Positions 24,873 to 37,312 of a stretch of DNA of 64,000 nt are shown here, in pieces. Every line of letters begins with the position of its first letter. The stretch's first letter is position 1. This DNA comes from Eledone cirrhosa (lineage: Eukaryota): NCBI GenBank assembly GCA_964016885.1, contig OZ024742.1:119970001-120034000 (forward strand), in the 5' to 3' direction. A program made the translations under genes and the position numbers. The notes beneath the pieces are model-generated. The model was not told the DNA's origin. It searched no databases and saw nothing but the letters and a program-made list of their open reading frames with translations.

Positions 24873-26186
24873 CATACATACATACACACAAATCTTTCTA
24901 CTACTTTTAAAGATTTAAGCACATTACTCAAATGTCAATTAAAAATGAATGTTTTAATGTAACAATGATTTCCAATATTCTGTTGATAAATTTAGATTAA
25001 CCTGTTTTTAAAGTAATTTCATTTAACTTATGGCGGACACACACATTGTATGTGTTCCGTTGTTTTTATGTGCTCAATACATACATGTGTTAAAGTGTAT
25101 ATAGCTCCTGATATGGTGATGGTGATGATATTTAGCCTCAGTTTAGCCTTAATGAAAGACATTCCTTCTGTGAATATCCTACCTTTTGATTTTCACACAC
25201 TGTACCTTCAACTATATTATCAAATGTGTCCTCCGTTTTTTTAAAAATAGGTTTTGATTTTAGAAATTTCATCAATACTGAACAATACTGGGCAATGAGT
25301 TCAAAAAAATTGGTATTAAAATATTTAATGTATTTAAATACCCTTAAACGAAGATAATAATATAAAAGCCACATAGGCCAAGAAAAATATGATAGAAACC
25401 AAAATTTCTAAAGTTTTGCAGTCTACTTTCTCTGAAAAACTTTAAAGACTCAAAATTAAAAGACACACTGTGTTTGAAAGGAATTCTAGGTTAGACAACT
25501 GTCTATTTATTTTATACTCAGTAAAGATTCTATATATAAAATTATTTGAGATATTCCTAGATGGAATGGTAATTCTATTTTTGATTAACCTGGATATATT
25601 TATCTTTCAAGTCTATTTTTTTCATATAAAATATATATACTGATTAATTTGGCATCAAAGAATAAATTTCTGATTTTGATGCATCACTGTATAATTCACT
25701 GTAATGGAAAATGTATGTTACCTGACCTGTCTTACTTCAGACCATGATGATCTGTTCAACCCATGCAAGCATGGAAAATGAAAGTGATGATGATGATGAT
25801 GATGATGACAAATCTAAATTTAACTAGCATAAATTAACATTTTAAAACATTTTCCACAATTCAAATATCTGTGGTTTCTATTTCATGAAATACAATGAAA
25901 TACATTTTTATTACCTATATAGTCTAATGGAACTCCATTTTCAGAAAAAAAAAAAAAAAAAAATGAAATTAAACTATTCACAAATATATTTCCAAGAGTA
26001 TTAAAAAAATATTCCTTTCAAAGATTTGCAAATTATTTCCAATTTAATTGAGTTGTATATTGTCATTGTATATAAATAAAGTTGTTTTAAACATCCATTG
26101 TACAAACATCAAAGGACAAGAAAAATGCCAATTATTTTGTCTTATTGTATTCTTGAAAGCTGTAACATTGTGAGATCCCCAGAATC

Positions 26187-26218
<32 letters not shown>

Positions 26219-26450
26219 GACAGAGAAAAAAATGTAATTGAATATATATAATACTAAAATTATATATATTAACACACAAAGACATACACACATACAAACA
26301 TATATATATATATACACATATATACGAACATATACGTATATATATACACATACATACAAACATATATATATATATATATATATATACAAACATCATATAT
26401 ATATATATATATATATATACAAACATCATATATATATATAAACATATATA
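26187..26450. repeat. Compound (CA)n/(TA)n low-complexity tract
   Basis: Directly visible. It explains the several YI/VC-rich spurious ORFs here. Confidence 0.95.
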
Positions 26451-27309
26451 AAAACACATTATTTAATCCAAAAGCATTAGTCATAACAGGAAAAAGTTTA
26501 TTACTGTTGTTCTTTGCTAGAGTAAAATGAATCAGGAGTGACACAACAATGAAGGCTGAAAGCTGAAACATTTAGCACTGTGTAGACTGGAGAATAAAAA
26601 GTTATTATGAATTTCATAACAAGAATAATAAGAAAAATTTCACTTCAAATTTATTTAGCTAGCAGGCTATGCAGTAAATTTTTTTATATGAAGTCATAAT
26701 TGTAACTAGTTATAGAAATAACATTGTGTTGATCTTCCTCTATACCATAGGTTGAGTTGATCCTTTTTTGACATCTACAACCTGATCTTCCTCTATAATA
26801 CAACATATGAGATGATTTCCATTTATATCTCTATACCATAAGGTTGAGATGATCTTTTTCTAAAATTGTGATCATCATAAATAGTTTATTTCCACTTCTA
26901 TATTTTTCTATCAAGTTCATATTTTCTACACTATTTATAAACATACATTCTGTTATCTAAACATACATTCTGTTATCTAAACATACATTCTGTGATTCCA
27001 CTGGTATACATCTATATATCTAAAACAGAGAATGTCTGTTTGTCTGACTCCCTAAAACTCGAGAACCACCCAACCGATTGTTTTCAAACTTTACACATGT
27101 AATACTTATGGTCTGTGAATGTTTTGAGCAAAAAATATTTCAAATTTCCAATGCCCTAAGGACTGCATTAGGCGATTTAGCAATCTCTCTCTATAATTCT
27201 TAGTCTTTCTTTTTAAATAGATACATAGATATAATGTTGCGCCCTTATCATATCTGTCTGTATGTCTGGCTGTCTGCATTACGACATTATGACGCTATAT
27301 GTGTGTGTA

Positions 27310-27351
<42 letters not shown>

Positions 27352-27359
<8 letters not shown>

Positions 27360-27747
27360 TAAGAGGAATTCCAACTTTGTCTGATTTACTCGTTTTATTT
27401 ACAATCCTTTAAAATATATATAATGGTATTATAATGAAATAGTATGATAGAATATTAAATTCTAAGTGTTAATTGAACAAGTACTTTCATGCTTTCGCAA
27501 TCTTCAGGTTCATGATATGTGGTGACAGTCGAGTTTGCAATTTTCAGACAGTTGAAAATTGCAAACTCGACTGTCACCACATATCATGAACCTGAAGATT
27601 GCGAAAGCATGAAAGTACTTGTTCAATTAACACTTAGAATTTAATATTCTATCATACTATTTCATTATAATACCATTATATATATTTTAAAGGATTGTAA
27701 ATCAAACGAGTAAATCAGACAAAGTTGGAATTCCTCTTATTAATATA
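27352..27747. repeat. Near-perfect palindrome (195-bp arms, 6-nt loop), probably a remnant of a Penelope-like retroelement
   Basis: 27352-27546 is the reverse complement of 27553-27747 with one mismatch seen. It lies within a (TA)n tract inside the Helitron. Confidence 0.95.
27587..27625 (+). ncRNA. Minimal type I hammerhead ribozyme motif (mirror copy on the minus strand at 27474-27512)
   Basis: TGAAC CTGAAGA T-TGC-GAAA-GCA-T GAAA GTAC TT GTTCA: stem I TGAAC/GTTCA, CUGANGA box, GNRA-capped stem II, palindromic stem III AGTACT. Confidence 0.6.
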
Positions 27748-30700
27748 ATCTTCTATACACAATCATACACACCCGTGTATATTTACCTATCTATATCTAT
27801 ATATATATATATATATATATATAGTGTGTGTAACGTTTTTCAAAATATTTACTTCTGCATTCACAGATTGATTTTTTTTAGTTTCAGAAGATCCCGTTAA
27901 GGGTGAAAGCAGCGATTCTTTGCTTAAACTTTAATCTGTTATTTTAAGATATACATATATAATTATATATTCGTGTACAGATATTTTTGCATACGCAATA
28001 ACAAAATATAAACAAACGTATTTATTTCATCAGGCTCGATAAGGATAAATATATATCAAATATATAAGAACCCTAGAGCAAATCCCGAGCAACGCCGGGC
28101 CATTCTGCTAGTATATACTAAATGGGTAAAGAATTGTATAGGTAATTTGTTAGCATACCTGTTTACAAGTTAAAAGAATGACTGTTCATACTCTACTACT
28201 ACCATTGAGCTGTGTTTCCATTATAAAAATATATCTCTAATCAAATTAACTATAAATAAGTACCACGGGAGAAGCATTTCAGCATTGTAGGCAGTGAGGA
28301 ACAATTTCAGTCACTTAAAACCTTCAATAGATTGCAGTATCTTCTGGTATCAGTGGGGAATGAAAAGAAGGAAAGGTTTGAGAGTGTATTCCTAAAGGGA
28401 AAGAGGTCCAAGGCATAGTCATTCAAGACCAAGTCAGAATTTTAAGGCTTGACCAGTACTTTATTTTATCAACCCCAGAAAGATGAAAGGGCAAAGTTGA
28501 CAGTAGCAGGAATTGAACTCAGAACATAAAGAGCCAGAACAAATACTGTAAGGCAATTTTGTCTGATATTCAACCAATCCAGTGCCCTTTGGAAATAATA
28601 ATAATCAGTTCCTTTGATAATGTACCCAATACTAACCAACCATGAAAATCTAGAATATAATCAAAAACATCATCATAAATTTACAATTCCATGGGGAACT
28701 ATAAAAAATTATGGAGAATAGTTAAAATAGAACAAAGAAAGAATAATGAATAAAATGGTTCTTACCAGTTAGCAGTTTTTTTTGTATTTTTTTTTTGTCA
28801 TTCAAATCAAAAGAAGTGTTTGATCACAATAAAAGAAACATGAAACTAAACAATATATTACTTAACTCACAACTTCCTGGGTGAAATACACAACAATTTT
28901 GTATTTAATAACACAAAACATTTGAAATAAATTACAAAAGAAAGTCATAAGGTAATGTTCAAAGTTGAACTTAACCCAAAATATACATTAATAATAAAAG
29001 CAGAAGTCCACAACTTTTTCAGTAACTTGGCAAACATTTTCTGAATGTGATATAAATAGAGGTAACAACAAAAATAAATTAGTAGTGCTATTATTGCACA
29101 TATTTTCAATGGTAAATCAAAAGATATTGGGTGGAGGGGATAAATGTCAGGGACTTCAGCATTATTATTAACATTCATTAAAAACAAAACATTTTATATA
29201 TATTTTAAAAATACATGGCATATCAAAGTAAAAAAACTGAGTGGATTGATGTAAAGATTAATATGAAAATAAATCTCATTGAGTAGATTTGTAAAATTGT
29301 CCTCCATTCAATTACTTTATATTAACTGTCATTTATATTAAGTAAAATGTATTTAAATAGCTTTAATGATAAAAGTTTTGAAAAATTTGCTGAAGTTGTT
29401 TCAGTGCTATTTTTAAAACAGTGTGTTATTGGACAATCAATATTTTTCAGATGGTATGTTTTCTTGGATTAAGTCAACAATAAAAACACTGTAACCACCA
29501 TTAACAATAAATTACAGTACATTGGGGTGGAAGTCAGTGATAGACTACTGCACTTATCCTGATAATTGATGAGTGGCTTACTGGCTTATTGGTTCTTGGT
29601 GTGAATCTCGTCTAAAATGACAGCATTCCATCCCTTGTGAGTTGATAAAATAAGAACCAATGACATGCTAGAATATAGAGAAAAACTAGATCTTATCTAG
29701 TATGTTGCATGTGTGATTCATCTGCAAACATCAAATTGGTTGCAGTCTGCTGTAGCAGACTAACTGATTGAACCATATAATGGAATTTAATCAACTTGTA
29801 GATAAGTTGAATCCACTAAGAAGACTGTTCAAAACAATGAACATAAATCAATCAATTTTAAATATTAGCTTCAATTAATTCAATTCATAAAAAGTTACAT
29901 TTAATTATTGCAAGCATAAACACTTTTCTCTGCACATTTCCTTGATACTGGTTGAAAAGATACGTATATTTAGATATCATTTCTAAGATTTTTTTGTACA
30001 GGAGTTCCCGATATTTATGCTCTACCTAATACCAATGATTGCATCAGAACTAGGCTTATTTCTTTCTCATAGAGACAATTCAATGCTTCTTACAGAGTTT
30101 GTATACATTGGTAGACACCATATTTTACAATATATATCATCAAAACAGAATTTACTTTAAACTTTGAAATAGTATTTCAGTTCTTTTTTGTTTTTACTTT
30201 AAAAGTATATCACTTTCAAAATACTAATTTAGTTTGATGTTATAAATTTACCTAGTTTCTTCTTGGTGCATAGTATAACATTTAGGGCTTTGTTTCATGT
30301 CTCAAGTGAAATGGTTTAAAGGTCAATTTCACAATGAGGAATGAAAACATTAACTAATCAGATAATTATCTTAACAAATGAAGTTAACAATAGAACACCA
30401 ATCCACTAAATGATCAGTTTTAGGCAGACAACACAAATGTAAAAATATAGGTTTTAACAACAATCTATTTATAAAGTATCATTTGTTGTCTAGATTAGTA
30501 TTATGTCCCTGGAAAATTGGATATCTAGTAATACTTTCTGGTGCAGTATTAAGACAAATAGCAATTTGCTCTATTACAAATCCATCCAACCCATGCTAGC
30601 ATGGTGAAGTGGACATTAAAGTGATGATGATGAAAGACATTATAAAGCAATTTCTATATTCTTACAAACCAAATTAATTTGATAAAAAACTAAACAAAAC

Positions 30701-31384
30701 CAAGGCACATTATTACATATATACTGCAAGAGTATACAATTTGTAATACATATTTCAATAGTCTGAATGTCTGAGAGGAGCAAAATATATTTACAATGTA
30801 GATATTTTGTATTATACTTGTATTAAAACGAAACTAATCAATTAGATAGAAAATAGCAATGTAGTGCTATATATAGCATATATATCACTAGTCTCCACTT
30901 TCATTTTAGGGAGACAAACTTATGTGCTTTGTGTACTGTAAGACTGAACTAAACAAAATTTTATAGACATATTGGAATGTTCAAATATTCACCATCTTCA
31001 TCATGGCTATTGTAAACAACTGTAGACAAGTGCATAACACTAGATTTTGCTACAGGAATCAAACCACACATGAGAAGTTCACTTAATTATTTATGATTCA
31101 TAGTGTAGTAAATTAACTGCTACACTGCAATGTATCTATAATGCTCAGTGCTAGCTAATCAGCCAAAGGAATGTTACAACCTGTACAATTTAAACTGAAC
31201 AGGTGTTAATAATATGCTTACAAAATAAGTGAAAAAGTCTTGAAATTTTCCAAACTAATGATACATAACTTTATAAAAAACACAAGTAAATTGTAATTTC
31301 ACTACTAAAATATATAGCCATAAATATTTTATATCATTAAAATTTTGTCTACCACCTTAAACTGATATCATTATTAATAATTAT

Positions 31385-31810
31385 TGAGGGTGGTGGATTG
31401 GCAGTATCAGTAGAGCAGCAGACATCATGCTTTGCGGCATATAGTTATGGCTCTTTACGTTCTGATTTCATATCTTGCCAAGGTAAGCTTTGCCTTTAAT
31501 CCTTACAAGGTCGATAAAATAAAGCACCAGTAATACACTGGGATCAATTTAATCAACTTTCTCCCTGTACCTAAATCAGAAACCATTATTAATTACGATT
31601 GAGGGCAGCAGATTGGCAAAGTTGTTAGAGCATTCGACAAATGTTTAGCAGTATTTGTTTTGGCTCTTTATATTGAGTTCAGATCCCACTAAGATCAATT
31701 TTGCTTTCATAATTCCAGGGTAGATAAAATAAAGTACAAGTCAAATACTGGGGCCAATACAATTGACCCCGCTCCCTGCAAAAAATTGCTGACCTTGTGT
31801 GTAAATTAGA
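31385..31810 (+). mobile_element. Tandem tRNA-type SINE copies (abundant family; others at about 9360-9560, 9930-10080, 13460-13600, 28440-28590, 45210-45430, 55680-55865, 62640-63030)
   Basis: Shared core gagttcaaatc(c/t)...ggt(c/t)aactttgcctttcatcct...ggt(c/a)gataaaataaagtaccagt with a B-box-like GAGTTCAAATC. Confidence 0.75.
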
Positions 31811-32048
31811 AATTTTTTATTAGCAATCATGGAATTGAATTAAAACCTTACCGAAACCTAATTAACTAATGCCTTGGTTAGTCTAATTTTGAATCATTTA
31901 TATTACAAATTATTCCTTGTAATGTAAGTATAGTAATAATACTATATATTTTAAATTTGCATATTTTTCTCATTAAAAGAAGGTTAATTAAAAATGTATA
32001 TAAAGTAAAGTGAATAGTAAATAATACAAAAATGTATTTTGTTCTGAC

Positions 32049-32147
32049 CTGATTTCCTCCAAAGCCATGGCAAGATACCATGCCAACTTTTTCACCACTC
32101 TTCCGTCCCATGCTATCAAGACACAACCCACTTGCTTTGTTTCGGAT
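32049..32147 (-). CDS. GALNT1: GALNT exon, ricin-B lectin alpha repeat: [33 protein letters not shown]
   Basis: ORF 31878..32126. Acceptor tttccag|, donor |gtcaga, 99 nt, phase 0-0. Contains CLD...CHGxGGNQ. Confidence 0.95.
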
Positions 32148-32777
32148 CTGGAAAATGACAGTGGAAAGTGATAATAGTTAATATGCAATATCCTCAGCTG
32201 AAAGCAATGATGTATTGTCAATGTTGATAACTGGTATGTTTACTGAAGAAGTCACTGATTTTGTTTGTGTTTAACTCTAGTCTGATTATTTCTCTTTTTT
32301 TCAAGCAGCAGAACTTGCCTATTGCTTTAAGTGTAAACACAACAATAGTTTCATAGCATTTAGACTATGGACTATCATTAACTTGTCAAGCTAAACCTAG
32401 TGGCAACCAATTTATTATTTTGCTAACAAGATAAATCAAAATAATATGAAAATCATTTAAGGTACATTACTCTAAACCAGTGGTTCCAAAAATTGTAGAA
32501 CTCATAACTATATTTTATGAACAATCCCAACAAGACTAATTTTAATAAGACTTTAAATGAGACAAAAATTGTTTCACAGAAAGAATTTATTCATATTACG
32601 AAAAAAAGAAAAGGAAAAAAAAAAGGTTTTTATTACACTTTATTGAAAGAACCTGTATCTCACAGAACCCTTAATTACTTTCATTTCTTTTTTTCCCAGT
32701 AATCATTTTGGAAAACACAGCTCTAAAGTATCTGATGTGATTACAACAACAGATTAAAACTATTGTAAAAGGCTCAC

Positions 32778-32917
32778 CTCTCCAACAGAATAATAATCCA
32801 ATGGCATCTGAGATTCAGGGTAAATATTCTCAAGGTACCAACGGAATGACTTGCACTGTTTCTTTTTTCGGAATTCAACACGTTCACTAATGTCACCAAA
32901 ATCAGCAGACCTCACAC
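32778..32917 (-). CDS. GALNT1: GALNT exon, end of catalytic domain and linker: [47 protein letters not shown]
   Basis: Manual translation. Acceptor cctag|, donor |gtgagc, 140 nt, phase 1-0. Contains the [14 protein letters not shown] motif. Confidence 0.95.
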
Positions 32918-35628
32918 CTAGGATCAATTAAAAGAGAAGATTCATTTTATTTTTTTTACATTATTTACATCGATTTGAGAGCCAAATCAAATGATTCTCA
33001 ATTAATCTTCCTCATTACTTTCTCATTAATATTATCTAAAGCATTGTTAGACAAGCCTCTATACAAACAGAACAGTTTGAAGATAATGTGTGACTATTGA
33101 CTTCCAAAGCAATTTGCCGTGAGTATGTTTTTCTACCCAAATGTGCATGCAGGGACACATACACAGACCACATATTTTCTGCAATGTTTTTGTCAACAGG
33201 AGAACTAAAGTCATAATGAGTATCTGAAGTTCATTGTGTATGTGTGTGTGTTTGAGAGAGAGAGAGAGTTGTTTATGCTAAAAAAATGTCCAGCTATCAT
33301 AGGTCATATGAAAAAAGGTGGTAGCTTATAGACTGAAATGACATAGCCTTGTATTATGGTCAATAATTAATTCGTAACGTGTGTAGAAAACACAGGACAA
33401 AGCTGTGTAAATATTAATTAGCAGTGGAAGAAAACAACATAAAATAGAATCTGAAAAAGTAGAAAATATAATATAAACAAGTATGTGCATTAGTGGAGTG
33501 GGATAAATATGACAGGCTGATCACAATAGCATGTCAGTTCCTATTAACATGCTAGTTGGCATGTTACTTTCATTAAAACACAGTGTACCTGTATCTTTTA
33601 CCTGTCATCACTCATACTGGCTCACTACTCTTACCCAGAGCCCCCTAACTGAACACTTCATTAAATCTCACCTCCTACACCTTACTCTAACTCTCTCATA
33701 TGCCTGTATATTTGCCCATCTCTCAACAAGGGATCTTTTAAAAGTTCAAGCTGAACATCAACCAAAGCCACCTCATCAAACTATCCCTACCCCAAGTCTA
33801 CAACAATAGTCAGTGATTGGTGCAGATAATATAAATCTACATAATGTCTAATATACAGATTGACCAATATATTGTATGATAGATTTAGTTTACCATGATC
33901 TAGTAGAAGAAGCAATATATATATATATATAAGCAGCTATATAAACAGAGGCAATGTATATAGGTGATCAGCAATGGAAATAATATGACAATATATAAGA
34001 ATTACACAGCAGAGAAAGTAGGTTAGAGTAGAATCAGTCAATATGATGATTATGAGATATATATATTCTAAAACAACAGAATATATATGACTCCTCCTCA
34101 AAAAAGTAAGAGAGCAGTAATATTTGCAAATTATATTTATAAACAATGAAACAGTAGAAGGAGCAATAAACAGAGAAATAATACATAAGAAGCAATATAT
34201 GAATAAAAAATAGTTCAAGTCATATAAACAGGAAAGAGAAAAGTACATAGTACAAAAGGAAACAGAAACAGCAAGAAACATCAGAGCATATGTCTGAGAA
34301 TATAATACTATTGGGCTTCTACCAAGTCCTAAACATCAACAATATTCTCTCAATGATTTGGTGATTAATACCAAATTGGGGTATAGAGTGGGAATCTATT
34401 TTCTGCACTTTTTTCCATTAATTTTGAAGTACAATTGTTGTAGAAGAAAGTTCAAGTGTCACATCACTGATCAGGATTTCAAACAGCAGCATCCCCAAAA
34501 GAATTACTGCTACTGCAAAGTAGATTCACAGCTCTAATTATCTGTTTGTCAAACATGTTTCCTAATTCACGGTTCACAGTTAGATATAGGAAGGAAATAA
34601 ATTATTTGCAATTAAAAAGGGTTTTCTGGAGCATTATAATGATGAGGAAGAACACCTGGATATTATAGATAGGGAGTGGAAGTAAAATAAATGTATTTTA
34701 AATGGTTCATTGATATATATGAAATATTTTACTAGACACTGAGACTCATGGAGTGGAAACAGCATATCTAATGGTAGGTGGACTATGTACAAATATGACA
34801 AAAGCAACAGAATGAAAATAGTGTATCTTTCTAACAAGGACTGGAAACAGTGTAGAATATATTGAGGTAAAATTATGCTCAAACCTTGCCAGCTCCAGTT
34901 TGCTTTACTTATATAAAAGTTAGCAGAAGTGTTAAAGTATTGAACAAAGGGCCTTGTAGCATGGTATTTAGTCCAGCTCCCTGCATTCTGAGTTCAAATC
35001 TCAGAATGCAGGGAGCTTTCCAGGTTCAATAAATAAAGTACCAGTCTAGAGCAGTGAACTAACAGAGTTGTTAGAAGGCCACATAGAATACTTTGCAGAA
35101 TGTATTCTTAGTTCACATCATACTGTGGCTTACATGGGAAGTAAATTTTATTTGTTGCCTGATTTAATATAACCACCTGGCACTTAGGAGCATTTAGCAA
35201 AGCCCACTTTCATATAATAATTTAGGCTAGACATCTACTTTGAGGATACTTTCCTCCCTCCCTTCTATTGGTTTTTGAGACCCCTAAAAAAAAAAAAGGG
35301 TCATAAGCACTGCCTTTGCTTCTGATTAAGCTAAAAAAACCATGAGAAGTAATTGACACGAAGAGCAATCAGCTGTAAAATTGTTTAAAAAAAACAACAC
35401 ATTTTCAAATTTACAAAAGCTATTCTATTCATGCTACCCTGGAAAACTGGATGATGATGATGGGGATGAGGTGTTTGATGAGCAGAACCCTCACTAGCCT
35501 CTAAAGACCTACAGAAACCAGAGAATGTATATCAGGAAAACAAAGCATTAAAAAAGAGTGATGGGTTAAATGGACATAAAAATAGGTATATTTGTATGCA
35601 AGCAATAGAAAATAATAAATAAAATGTG

Positions 35629-35667
<39 letters not shown>

Positions 35668-36214
35668 CCCACCCTGTAATGTGGTCATTTTGTTGCCATA
35701 ATAAAATACACCCAGTTTACGCTGTAAATGTGGTTGTTATTAGGATAACTCATCTAATCCATGCTAGCGGGAAAAATGGATGTTATATGATGATGATGGT
35801 ATATGTGTGCGTTGCACCACTTTGTATTTGTCCATAGTATTTTGAATTTATCCTTAGTCCAGTACACATGTCATATGCTGCTTTTGTAAGTACTGTTTGC
35901 AACTTCATTTGTGGTTGCATTTCAATAAATAAAATCCTTGTTATTGCCAATAGTCTTATTGCAGATATCATAGTAATAAGTTTATATGATCTATATCCAG
36001 AACAAACATTAACTGTTGCCTTTAAATCACCACTCCTCAGTCACTGACGATATATGCAACATTAGGCATTAAGATTATAGCCAGGTAATAGAGAACTATT
36101 GTTTCGAGTTAATGTGATAAACATTTACAAAACTATTCCTACATCCTCAATTTCCCCAAGCTTCTTCCCCACCCACCCAAGTTCCCATCCCAGACCCTGA
36201 AGTGATCCCTCTGG

Positions 36215-36603
36215 AGCCACGACAAAAAGTGCCCAGTCCACACTATAAAGTGGTCATGTATATGTGAAGACAAAAGCGTCCAGTCCACGCTGTAAAGTGG
36301 TCGTGTAGATGGCACGACAAAATGTGCCCACTCCACACTGTAAAGCAGTCGTGTTGGTGACACGACAAAAATTTCCCAGTTCACATTGTAAAGCGGTCGT
36401 GTTGGCGACACAACAAAAATTGTCTAGTCCACATAGAAAAGTGGTCGTGTAGGTGTCACGAAAAAAAGCACCCAGCTGTAAAGACCAAGCCAAAATCAAT
36501 CAGTCATGTGTCAGCGAAACAGTCCTCCAACCTGATCTCTCACAAAGGGACAGCCTATCCTACCCATGCTAGCGTGGAAGATGGATGTTAGACGATGATG
36601 ATG
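36215..36603 (+). repeat. Retroelement tail with about 5-6 tandem 48-bp units and a (GAT)n end; related copies at 22845-23090, 23550-23785 and 37770-38167
   Basis: The unit cacgacaaaaa...ccagtccacactgtaaagtggtcgtgtaggtg repeats at 36313, 36361 and 36409. The common 3' end is cccatgctagc.tggaagatgga.gtta.acgatgatg. Confidence 0.85.
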
Positions 36604-37131
36604 AAACAAATACTCCTTATCTTTTTAGTTATTTCTATTGAAACTGATGTACTTTCTACTCTTGAAGAAGCCTTGGTCAGAGGAGGTACTTCCAATTCAA
36701 GAACATTTACAATGCTAAAAAGTCAAATATATAGCTTTAAAGACTTTATAGAAGCAAAATCACTCTACAGACTGACTAATGTATAAGAGAAATCCATATC
36801 AGTAAACTGAAGAGAGATAGTAGTTATTATAAAAGTAACTTTCAAAGAAGACAGGGATCTCTATAATGTAGTAATAGCAGTCAGTATATTTTAAGATACT
36901 CATGATTCTATTTATTCTTCTTTATCATTAATTATTCATGTATTCTCAAAACTGGTATTGTTGTCGGCTTTAGAAATGTTTACCTATTGATAAGACAAAT
37001 GTGAAAAACATTGTTGTACAATAGCATTTATATGAAATCTACCACATTCATAACATGCATTTCAGAAAATGACATTTACAGAATTACCTATGGAAATTAA
37101 TTTCAAGATTTAGAAAAAATGTGTACATTAC

Positions 37132-37312
37132 CAGGATTTATTTTATAGAAAAATTCTTTGTATTCATCCATCCAAACTTCTACAATTCGCATTGTATTGT
37201 GGTTGATGATACGTGCTACACCGCCTGGCCAAGAATAAGGTGAGGTCTTCCTGAAGACATGTCCAACTCTAGAGCAAGTGACAATAAATATTTGCCCACC
37301 ACACATCCAAAT
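37132..37312 (-). CDS. GALNT1: GALNT exon: [61 protein letters not shown]
   Basis: ORF 37103..37306. Acceptor tttttag|, donor |gtaatg, 181 nt, phase 0-1. Contains the CSRVGHVFR motif with the metal-ligand His. Confidence 0.96.

Larger units (their letters stand above)
27011..28111 (+). mobile_element. Non-autonomous Helitron
   Basis: Begins A|TCTATATATCTAAAAC. Ends with a subterminal GC hairpin CCCG-AGCAACGC-CGGG (28084-28099) followed by CTAG|T. Inserted between A and T with no TSD. Has internal (GTCT)-like and (TA)n microsatellites. Confidence 0.8.

Noticed and set aside
29582-29611. Possible 30-nt phase-0 microexon (TRFTPRTNKP) on the minus strand with cattttag/gtaagc sites between the alpha and beta exons
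   Set aside because: It overlaps a degenerate SINE-like sequence and has no lectin similarity. Such site pairs are expected by chance in long AT-rich introns, so it would need junction reads.
31385-31810. tRNA genes suggested by GAGTTCAAATC B-box motifs
   Set aside because: No cloverleaf can be formed. These are degenerate SINE heads.
36215-36480. CRISPR-like regularly spaced palindromic repeats
   Set aside because: The whole 48-bp unit repeats with no unique spacers, the context is a eukaryotic intron, and there are no cas genes. It is a retroelement tail.
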